From Azolla caroliniana (taxonomy: Eukaryota; Plantae; Polypodiophyta), in assembly GCA_043228905.1 (NCBI GenBank), contig JBHGNT010001235.1, forward strand, positions 1-10,743: DNA of 10,743 bases, read 5' to 3'. Each line of letters opens with the position of its first letter. The stretch's first letter is position 1. A model generated the notes under the pieces. The model was not told the origin of the DNA and made no database searches. It saw only the letters and a program-made list of their open reading frames with translations. The position numbers were made by a program, and so were the translations under genes. This document shows positions 1 through 8,723 of this stretch, piece by piece.

Positions 1-1060
1 ACGATTCAAATATTGCTTTAAACGCCATCCATTTACTCGTAGCTCATGTATCGTGCCATCGATGTCCTTGAGTTGATAACTTCCATTGTCATAAACTTCA
101 TGCACAACAAAGGGTCCCTCCCATCGGTTCACCATTTTTTGACCTTTGATGTTGTCAAAACGGTTGTCATAACGAAGAACTAATGACCCTTTAAGAAATG
201 TTTCTAATCTTGCTTTTTTATCATAATATTGTTTCCTCCTCCACGCTTGTTGTAAGTAGTGCTCTACCGCTTCTTCTCTTGAATATTGCAATACATGATT
301 GTGTGCTAATCGATCCTCCATAGCACTTTCTCCATCACGACACGAAGCTTGCATAAGTCGATTACTTCGCACTTGTAGTTCAATAGGAAATAAAGCCTCT
401 TGTCCATACACTAAAAAGAATGGGGTAAAACCCGTGGATAACTTAAAGGAAACACGGTATGCCCAAATAGCATCATCAAGAAATTTAACCCATGTTCTCA
501 TTTTATCATTAACAAGTTTTTGGAGATTTTTAACCAAAATACCATTCACCTTCTCCACTGCACCATTAGCTTGAGGATAGTATGGGGTAGAGTACCTATG
601 CTTTATCTTCAACTTCTCTAATAAGTAAGCCAATACTTCACCACGAAAACTTGGACCATGATCAGATACAATCTCTAATGGTACACCAAATCTCGTACAA
701 ATATTACGGTAGATAAATTGAGCCACGTCCTTAGATTTGATTGAAGAAGTTGCCGCTACTTCCGCCCACTTGGTCATGTAATCAATTGCTACCAAGATAT
801 ATTCCTTACCATGTTGGGTCTTTGGAAGAGGACCTACCGCATCGATTCCCCACTTGTCGAACGGAGCAAAAACCACGATCGGATGTAAAGGACCCACACG
901 AAGATGTCTACGTCCCGCCTTTTGGCATGCATCACAAGATTTGCACCACTCGTGAATGTCTTTATGGATGGTAGGCCAAGTAAAACTTGTTAACATAATT
1001 TTTCGCAACATGATGTCATGAGAAAAATGTCCTCCACAAGCCTCCTCATGCATCTTCCTT
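1..1060 (-). other. Integrase (HHCC, DD35E core, GPY/F module)
   Basis: HEEACGGH...CDAC; WGID (841-843); VSDHG (D 661-663); NGAVEK (E 553-555, 35 residues after D); WEGPF (109-123). Confidence 0.96.
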
Positions 1061-4000
1061 AGGATCTCTACAATCTCCTCTTTAAGGGGCACCCTTCGTA
1101 GAATATCATCCTTGCCTTTATGATACAAATCCTTACCAACCACTACATATTGAGAAGATCTTGATACCAACCTTCTTCTCTGTAACCCATTAAGATCCTT
1201 GGGGAAAACACCATCGTTAAGAAGCTCTTGTATCTCTAAGAGGGACTCTGCACCCTTACATTCTTCTAAAATACATACAGGTTCCCCTTTAATCTTCACT
1301 AATTGTTCTTGAGCAAGCGCATCAGCCTCTTTATTATCCACACGACTTACATGTTTTACTTGTACTTTACTAAATGACTTCATTAATCTAAGTGCCTCCT
1401 TATAGAAGCCACGTAATCCATCACTTTGACATTTCCACATACCTTGAATTTGTTTGACAATTAATAGGGAATCACCTTTGATGATTAATCTTTTGATTGC
1501 CCTAGCTTTACAAAGTCGTAAGGCAAAGCACAAGGTCGCGTATTCTGCTTCATTGTTGGTGTTGACATTGGGAAGCGAAATCCCTTCAGCGTGTACCACC
1601 TCTCCATTGGGGTTTCTTAATATAAAGCCTCCAACCGCTAAATTTGTTGCCTTTCGGTAAGCACCATCAAAGAACAATGTGAAAGCATCTTCTATATCTG
1701 GTTCGGGAAGGGCATCTCTTAGCTTTGATAAATCTTCCTCATGAAGACTCTCTCTATAAGTGAGAAGATCCGCCAATTCCGCACGCATAGTGGACTCAAG
1801 CCTAACTTCAAAATCAAACTCGACCAATAGAAGAGCCCACTTTGTAATTCTAGATAATACATTTACATGTTGTAGTACATAGGGGAGTAGTGACATACTA
1901 GTGATTATTACAAAGTGTTGAGGGATAAGAAAGCTCCTAAACTTTTGACATGCATATGTAAGAGCTAACACCCACTTTTCCACATCCATAAAGGTTTTTT
2001 CCACATCACTTATGGCTCTACTTATATAATAAATAGGATGCATTAGCTTATTATGAGGATCTTGTTGCATGAGAATAGAGCCAATAGCATGAGAGCTAAC
2101 ACTAAGAGAAAGAAAGAATGTAGAATTTCTATCTGGTGGCTTAAGAATAGGGGTTTTAGCTAATAGCTCTCTAACCCTATCAAATTTTTCTTGCATAAAA
2201 GGATTCCACACAAAAATATTAGTGCGAAGGATGACTCGAAAAGGATAAAGGGCTTGGGCTAGCATGTGGATAAATCTCTCAAAGTATCGCACCTTTTGAA
2301 CAAAAACCTCCAAGGACTTAATATCTTTCGGATACGGTAAACTTTCAATCACTTTGATCTTTGAGGGATCCACCTTAATTCCTTGAAGAGACACCACATG
2401 TCCAAGCATCGCCACCTCTTTTTCTCCAACATGGCACTTTTCGGGGTTGAGTTGTCCTTTACATTCATCAAGACGTTTGAAAGCCGCTCGCACCTTCTCT
2501 AGATGACCAATCCTTGTACTATAGATGGCAAAATCATCTATAAACACCCTTACAAATTTTCCAAAAAAGGGTTGAAAAACATGTATAGCCAAACGATTGA
2601 AAGTAAACACCGCATTGGTTAAACCAAAAGGCATACACTTATAAGCAAAACAACCCCAAGGTGTTATGAAGGTTGTCTTTCTTTGATCCTCCTCTGCGAT
2701 TCTTATTTGAAAATAGCCGGAATACCCATCACATACCGTGTACATCTCATGCCCCGCAATTTCATCCAAAATCTCATCTTGAAAAGGAAGTGGAAAGTGA
2801 TCCCGCTTCGTAGCTGCATTCAAAGGTTTGAAGTCGACACAAACTCGCCATTTTCCATTCTTCTTAGGAACCACCACAACGGGGGACACCCACTCCGAAT
2901 CCTCCACGGGGTATACGAAACCAGCCCTCAACAAAGCTTTAACCTCCTTTAATAGAGCCTCCTTTTGAACTGTCCCCAAGCGACGAAGCTTTTGGGCAAC
3001 CGGTTCACTTCCCTCCTTCAACTTGATTTGGTGTTTAATGACATCCACTCTTCTAATCTGCGAATAGTCATTTATAAATAACCTCGAAAACTCAGAAAGT
3101 AGGGAAACAAACCTTTGTCGATCTTCTCCTTGAATATCTTTGGAAATCATCTTCTCTCGTTGTTCAAGGGTGATGGTTTCTTCCTCTTTATTGTCTTCTT
3201 TCTCCTCCTTGGATATCACATATGATGTTGTCTCCTCCCAATCCGATGAAGTACTATCACTTGCACTACTCTCTTCTTCATACTCACTATCAAATGAGTT
3301 GTTCTCCCTTGCACCCTTGATCACTTGTTGAAGACGCATGTCGTAGACAATGTTGACACTCTCGGAGGGTGCCAAAGTCATCAACCCATTACTCCAATCC
3401 TGAATTACATTTAGTTCTTGCATCCAAGGTCTTCCCAACACCAATGAATAAGAGGGTCCCTTGAGGGGAATAACATGGAAATCCATAGAAATACATATAC
3501 CAAAACACTCAAGGATAACATCTTCTATAATCCCCATGCAAGGTACTAATCCTCCATCAGCTACAGCTACTTTCGCAGATGAACTTTTACAAATAGGAAT
3601 ATCAAGCTTACTTATAAGGACTTCTGAGATAAGACTTATTCTAGCACCACTATCCACTAAAGCATCCTTAACTATATAACCTTTTATAGATACCGGTATT
3701 GTAGGTCGAATATCCTTTCGTTCCTTCACTCGTACAACCCCCGCATAGTGCACTGTTTTCATACTTTGACGTATGCTCGCTAGTCGTCCCCATTCTTTTC
3801 GTATTTTTGGAGAGAGTTGAAGAAGTTGCGGCCAAGTGATCCGGGGTCCATTAGTAATCAGCTCTTGCTTGAGGTCAAAAGGCTCCACTCCTTTCCCCAT
3901 GGGCATATCCTCCATATTGATCTTTCTCCTTGAACGACGCCTTTTTGAAGGATTCTCCATCTTAGACTCCTTAGTTTTTTTCTTTATTTGAGGGTTACTT

Positions 4001-5100
4001 GACTCCCCTTCCACCTCTTTTCCCTTATGCGTTGCTCGAGTTCTCTTGATTGGAACAACATCACAATCATCGTCAGTATCATACATAAAATCAAGAAGAT
4101 TTACATTGGAAGGTATTGTTGGGACTTGAGCCATTGGCAACGGTCCTCCATCACTAGAAACTTGATTATTGCTATTTGCATGGTTGTTAGGGGCATTTGA
4201 ACCTCCTTGAAGTTGATAGATACCTCGTCCTAAACCACCTTGTCTTCTTGAAGGACATCGTGTAGCAATATGTCCTTCAACACCACAAGAATAACAAACC
4301 GGGACCCGTTTTTCTGGTGGCACCTCGCGAACTTGGTTGGTGTTGAAACTAGCTTGCATTTGGCGGAATTGATTCGTTAGCTCGTCAAGTCGTCGGTTTA
4401 GTTGCTCGGGGAAACTTCCATCAATTCTTGGATGATCTACATCTCGCAACATTGGTAAACTAGCTTGGTTAGCTACATTAGAATTAAATATGTTTGGAAA
4501 AACATGTCCCCCATGTACAATAGAGGATGGATGTGGGGCGTTTAGAGTTGACACCACATTCGCATTAGCTATCGCCACCGTTGTATCGACCCCCATCCGC
4601 ATCACTTTTAGTTGTCTATCATATATTTGACACACTTGTAGAAGAGTTTGAAAATTGGTTGGGTCCTTCAAATTCGCCTCCATTGCAAAGTAAGGGTTCA
4701 AGCCCGCCTTGAAGCGATCCATCTTGAATCACTCATCCTCTACGCCTCCTCGTAGACGGATCCATGTTGACCACAGCTCTTTGAACACCCTCTCGTACTC
4801 CGAATACTCCATCGATGTTGTCATACGCAACGCGAATAGTTCCTCTCGCACCTCCATCGCACTACGACGTCGGATGTACTTGCTTCTAAATTGTTGAACG
4901 AGCAATTGGTAGTTGGTTTGTTGGTTGGGAGGTAATGACTCATACCACTCCCGGGCTCTTGAGTAGAAAGTTGCCACCAACAAGGGCAATTTCTCTATGT
5001 CATTCACCTTCCCAATCGAAACCGCATGATGCTCGAACGATGCCAAAAAAGCTCCTCCATCCTGAACGCCATCACCTGCGAAAGCAAATTGAAACGCCAT
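1..5100 (-). CDS. gag-pol: Gag-Pol polyprotein, single frame of 1700 codons, open at the left edge, with one in-frame TGA at 4729-4731
   Basis: ATG at 5100 (MAFQFAFAGDG...). After ...GVEDE* the same frame continues FKMDRFKAGL... with no further stop down to position 1 (...VNGWRLKQYLNR). I translated every line. Confidence 0.93.
1310..1685 (-). other. Additional archaeal-type RNase HI (aRH) domain, intact
   Basis: FTLFFDGA (D 1666-1668), TNNEAEY (E 1543-1545), KGDSLLIVKQ (D 1471-1473), HVSRVDNKEADALA (R 1342-1344, D 1321-1323). This gives the D-E-D-R-D signature. Confidence 0.92.
1760..2120 (-). other. Native Gypsy RNase H fold, catalytically degenerate (tether-like)
   Basis: The scaffold is recognisable (AIGSILMQ, HPIYYISR, KFRSFL, RITKWALLLVEFDF). 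The usual TDAS, EKE and TDH motifs read LSVS, EKW and TSM. Confidence 0.85.
2380..2940 (-). other. Reverse transcriptase domain (approximate bounds)
   Basis: EWVSPVVVVPKKNGKWRVCVDF, DHFPLPF, DGYSGYFQI, MPFGLTNA, FIDD (2533-2544), LNPEKC, LGHVV. Confidence 0.97.
3390..3700 (-). other. Aspartic protease domain (approximate bounds)
   Basis: ALVDSGA with catalytic D at 3652-3654, followed by LVLGRPWM. Confidence 0.92.
4255..4296 (-). other. Gag CCHC zinc knuckle
   Basis: CYSCGVEGHIATRC matches C-X2-C-X4-H-X4-C. Confidence 0.95.
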
Positions 5101-5152
5101 ATCCACGTAATACTAAAACACAATCAATCTTCCCAAGGTACGGAAAAGATCG

Positions 5153-5170
5153 GCCCTCCCTGGAGCGCCA
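5153..5170 (-). other. Gypsy primer binding site
   Basis: Minus strand reads CA-TTTT-TGGCGCTCCAGGGAGGGC. TGG is complementary to tRNA CCA and lies 4 nt from the LTR end, as in Athila/Tat elements. Confidence 0.85.
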
Positions 5171-5180
5171 AAAATGAAAA

Positions 5181-5307
5181 GAGAGATGATGATAGAAAAG
5201 AGAGAGAAGGAAGATATAGAAACCCAAATCTACAAAGATATATTAATAAGGAGTGATGATCATAGAAACAAGAGAAAGAAGATACATAAACTCAAGCCTA
5301 CAAGGAT
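5181..5307. repeat. Degenerate tandem duplication with about 70-bp period in the LTR
   Basis: 5181-5239 GAGAGATGATGATAGAAA...GAAGATATAGAAACCCAAATCTACAAAGAT versus 5251-5307 GAGTGATGATCATAGAAA...GAAGATACATAAACTCAAGCCTACAAGGAT. Confidence 0.8.
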
Positions 5308-5395
5308 GAATTGATCACTAGAAAAACGCGCTACATGAATAGGCAAGAAAAACACCACCAGAAAAAAACTTCTACTCACCACCTCACTCTTCTTG

Positions 5396-5402
5396 CTTTA
5401 TA
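5396..5402 (-). promoter_or_regulatory. Putative TATA box of the Gypsy LTR
   Basis: TATAAAG on the minus strand, within the LTR and in the sense orientation of gag-pol. Confidence 0.45.
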
Positions 5403-5508
5403 TGAAGTTCTCCTCTAGTAGATAAGTTTCGCTTGCTTTCTTTTCCACGCTTATTTTAGAGCTTTTCCATCTCCTATTCTTAGCTATGACACAATGATCT
5501 TCTAATCG

Positions 5509-5629
5509 TCATATCTCCCTCATCCATGCTCCAAATTTAGAGTTTTAAAAAGCTACGGATAGCTCTCGTCATAAGCTTTCTAACCCATATTTACACGTGA
5601 TATTTGGGTGTCAAACGAGAGAGTTATGA
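5509..5629. repeat. 121-bp imperfect inverted repeat with three symmetric boxes
   Basis: Arms 5509-5536 and 5602-5629 match at 18/28 as reverse complements. The core GATAGCT (5558-5564) and AGCTTTC (5574-5580) shares the same axis at 5569. Confidence 0.75.
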
Positions 5630-5816
5630 GCAGTTGTTTCTGACTGCGTTTTGGTGGTCTGCTTTTTCTCTTTTTAACTTTTCTCCATCTTTATTGCTTT
5701 TATTTGGACTTATCCACGAGATGTTAGTTCATGTCCTTGTCCTCCAAATGTGAATCCTCCATACCTTATATTCTTTTAGTGTCCAATGGCTTGAATTCTA
5801 AAAACAGTTTCACAGC

Positions 5817-6038
5817 ATGCAAGTACGATTCAACATTGACGGATGCTTCATTGGAAAAGATCATTGAATCGTAGCTCATGACCGTCGAGAAGGCCGAATG
5901 TTTATCCTCGAGTTGAGCAAGGTGAAGTCCACTATGTTTGCTAATGGCATCAAAGTCGAAACTTACTTGAAACTGTGGCACAAGCGAATTGGCCACATCA
6001 ACCTCTAGAAGCTCGAAAATATGCAATCAAATTGTGTA
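5817..6038 (+). pseudogene. Decayed Ty1/Copia pol fragment (GAG-pre-integrase region)
   Basis: MQVRFNIDGCFIGKDH*IVAHDRREGRMFIL...LKLWHKRIGHINL*KLENMQS. LWHxRxGH is the Copia pre-integrase motif. Stops at 5865 and 6006. Confidence 0.85.
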
Positions 6039-6142
6039 ATGAGTACAATATAGTATCATTTTTGTTGTCAAAAATATATTGTGCTATTCAAAACATCTTT
6101 TGTGATTAACAAGTATTTGAGTGTTAATATTATCATGTGTAG

Positions 6143-6390
6143 GTATGAAGGAAACAACTTTTTGTGCCTTGAAACGAATGCTAGTTGCTCGAGCATTCCA
6201 CCGGTTTCATCAACACCAAAAAATAACACACCATTGATTATTGGAATAGTGTGTGGTGTTTTAGTTGTACTTATTGCGATAATAGTTCTATGCATTTGCG
6301 TGTTGAAGAGGCGACTCACTCCTCAACAATCCACAAGTCATAAAAACAGAACTCAACTAAATACAACTAAAACGGATTACCTAGATCATG
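6143..6390 (+). pseudogene. RLK exon: LRR C-terminal cap and transmembrane helix
   Basis: tgtag acceptor. YEGNNFLC...LIIGIVCGVLVVLIAIIVLCICVLKRR. Donor G/gtaatg at 6391. Confidence 0.8.
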
Positions 6391-7087
6391 GTAATGATTA
6401 TGTCTTTACTTCTATGTCCATATACATCAATAGTTAATCTAGTCCAAGGTAATTTATATCTATGTTTTGTTGTAAATCCTTAAGATGTACCCATTTAAGG
6501 CCTAAATCAAGAAAAGTTTAAATCTAAATTAAATGCTTATGATAGAAATTGATAACATGAACCAGGATCTTTAACAATCCTCAATTTCGACATTCTCATA
6601 GAACCTAAATTTAATGCCACATATACTTTGATTGTGTCCTTCAAGGTATGCAAACATGTTTGTGTTTATCTCATGGATCATGATTTGCCATTAATGAAAG
6701 TACTCCATCTCAATCACCAAATTAGCCGACCTTCACTACCATGTCGTGGTAGATTAACATGAGCATTTGTGACCTTCACTACCAATATTTATGTGGAGTT
6801 TTTAGGAAGCCAGAGTGCATATGTTCATGTTCCCCAAATCAAACCTAATTACATATGCTCTTTTAATGCTTAAATGAAAAAGAGTAAGTAGCCAAATAAT
6901 ATTTTCATATAAACATAGTCATTGGTAAAGTATTCTAGTGTTGAATATGAATACCAATTCAGAATTCTTGTCATTTCATCATGAAAGGTTTCATAATTAA
7001 TAGGATCAATTTACATTTTTTGGAATTTAATTTAACTTTAATCTATTGCTTATAAATGAGCTCATAATTCCTGCATATCTTCTATAG

Positions 7088-7300
7088 GTGTTAGCCATAG
7101 AAGAGTACTTGAAGCTACAAATGTTGCACAAAGCTTTATTTTTGAAGACATTCGAATTGCGACCAACAATTTCCAAAACAATCCTTGGTAAAGGTGGTTT
7201 TGGCATTGTATATAAGGGCATTTTGACAAATGGAGTGGTTGTAGTAGTTAAAGTTTTATCCAATGCATCACACCACGGAGTAAACGAATTTCTCAATGAG
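7088..7300 (+). pseudogene. RLK exon: juxtamembrane and kinase I-III, +1 frameshift near 7173-7178
   Basis: [17 protein letters not shown] is in one frame and TILGKGGFG...EFLNE in the next. tatag acceptor, GAG/gtattt donor. Confidence 0.87.
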
Positions 7301-7429
7301 GTATTTGCAAAAATGAATTTTCGCACATATACACGTCATTCTTGATTCTTGACGTATTACTAGCAATGATGGGAGAATTCCTAGTGAACACTTGCTAATT
7401 TGTTGTTTTTCTTAACATTTCGACTATAG

Positions 7430-7553
7430 GTAACCCTGCTCTCTCGAGTGCATCATAAGAACCTCGTGGACTTGGTAGGATATTTTATTGACAATAAGTT
7501 GGTACTTGTTTATGAATATATGTCAGAGGGATCAATTTTTTATGCTCTTTATG
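7430..7553 (+). pseudogene. RLK exon: kinase IV-V
   Basis: VTLLSRVHHKNLVDLVGYFIDNKLVLVYEYMSEGS. Donor G/gtaagt. Confidence 0.9.
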
Positions 7554-7721
7554 GTAAGTATGATAATAGTTCCACTAAAATTTATCATCATCATATGTAC
7601 CTAAGGTAATACAATAAGAGATCATGACATTATTTTTTATATTATACATTATGTGTTACTTGATTGTAGTTTTGTGCAAAATAATAACACTTTGAAATGT
7701 GTTCCATGCAAAACAATGAAG

Positions 7722-7787
7722 GCAATACACGGACAATAGCCTTGAAGTGGAGAGAAAGATTGCAAATTTTGTTAGATGTTGCTCAAG
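7722..7787 (+). pseudogene. RLK exon: kinase VIa (66 nt)
   Basis: GNTRTIALKWRERLQILLDVAQG. The acceptor is a weaker aag, so the 5' bound is less certain. Confidence 0.8.
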
Positions 7788-7907
7788 GTGATAAATTTTA
7801 GTTAAATTAACGTTTAGTCAATAGTATATGTATGAGTGTATGTGTGGATTTATGGTATTTGAAGCTTTTCAAGTATCTAAACTCATCTTAAAAGGTGTTC
7901 CTTGTAG

Positions 7908-8090
7908 GGCTTGCTTATCTACACACCAGGTGCAACTCTTTGATCATCCATAGGGATGTCAAGAGTAGTAACATTTTGTTGGCCAAAAAGTTAGAAGGAA
8001 AAATGTCTGATTTTGGTATATCAAGGCTACAAGCCATGTCGAGGTCATCTCAACAAGGTTGATCGGTAGCATGGGAAATTTGGATCCTGA
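7908..8090 (+). pseudogene. RLK exon: kinase VIb-VIII, frameshift shortly after DFG
   Basis: GLAYLH...[13 protein letters not shown]...MSDFGISRL, then [15 protein letters not shown] in a different frame. The unshifted frame stops at TGA 8060-8062. Confidence 0.9.
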
Positions 8091-8291
8091 GTATGTTTTC
8101 ATATATTGCCTTTATGCATACAATGTTTTTGAAATTAGCATTTTAAATTATTTAATCTTAATTAGCACAACTATTTGTAGTAGCTTTTGATGCTAGGAGT
8201 GAAACTTGAAGTTTTTATCAAGAATGTAGTTTGTGAAACCACAAATTATTTCCCCAAAATCATGACTTCTTTCAATGGCCTTTTAAATTAG

Positions 8292-8430
8292 GCATGCAAT
8301 GACATTCAAATTGACAGAAAAAGTTGATGTATATAGTTTTGGGGTAGTTTTGTTCGAAGCTATATGTGGTCAACTTCCTTTAGTAAGAGGCACAGAAACA
8401 GGAGATACAAACATTCACATATCCCAGTGG
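8292..8430 (+). pseudogene. RLK exon: kinase IX
   Basis: HAMTFKLTEKVDVYSFGVVLFEAICGQLP...HISQW. Donor TGG/gtaacc. Confidence 0.9.
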
Positions 8431-8723
8431 GTAACCACTACGAGCAAGACTACTCATATTGGAGCTAGTGAGGGGAATTAAAGAAAGGCCGATTAGTATT
8501 AAGTCATATCTTGGGAAAGAATATGATCACAATGAATACAAGAGTATGATAATAATATATTTCTTAATTTCTCTCTTTATTAACAATATAAGTTAATTTT
8601 TATTGGGCATGCCTCATCTAAAGTCTTTTGTGGAAGTTGTTCGTCAAGAATTATTATTGCAACCAGATACATGATTGACAAGCAACATCCTTGTTAAAAA
8701 TGTGATGTTCCTGATGGTTCTCT

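Larger units (their letters stand above)
1..5812 (-). mobile_element. Ty3/Gypsy LTR retrotransposon, non-chromovirus (Athila/Tat-like) with an additional archaeal-type RNase H; 3' part lies outside the window
   Basis: Manual translation gives the order LTR-PBS-GAG-CCHC-PR-RT-RH-aRH-INT. Integrase after RT defines Gypsy. Confidence 0.96.
5175..5812 (-). repeat. Gypsy 5' LTR (about 638 bp)
   Basis: Termini TGAAA...TTTCA. The inner end is fixed by the PBS. The outer end coincides with the abrupt start of Copia-like coding sequence. The second LTR is outside the window. Confidence 0.75.
6143..8430 (+). pseudogene. LRR-I/malectin-like-type receptor-like Ser/Thr kinase, 3' part (TM and kinase subdomains I-IX), two frameshifts
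   Basis: GT-AG-bounded exons 6143-6390, 7088-7300, 7430-7553, 7722-7787, 7908-8090 and 8292-8430 have compatible junction phases. Motifs: YEGNNFLC, TM helix followed by [59 protein letters not shown]. Confidence 0.88.

Noticed and set aside
1-123. Chromodomain or env-like ORF after integrase
   Set aside because: The window ends within the integrase C-terminus, so this cannot be assessed.
4729-5106. 125-aa ORF as a standalone gene or Ogre-type ORF1
   Set aside because: It is the Gag N-terminus (AREWYESL motif) and continues in frame past the TGA.
299-5256. Plus-strand ORFs in the track (299-574, 741-974, 1454-1660, 2683-2952, 3140-3331, 3461-3679, 4709-4897, 4935-5177, 5026-5256)
   Set aside because: Short antisense shadows of the gag-pol frame with no recognisable motifs.
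5766-6026. Minus-strand 86-aa ORF
   Set aside because: Antisense to the Copia relic and crosses the LTR boundary.
5817-6038. Idea that this fragment is the piece deleted from the right-hand Copia
   Set aside because: It covers part of the missing region, but nothing in the sequence links the two. An independent older relic is simpler. Alignment to family consensus would decide.
6068-7345. Track ORFs 6068-6319, 6081-6437, 7027-7326 and 7088-7345 as complete genes
   Set aside because: They are RLK exons read into introns, or their antisense frames.
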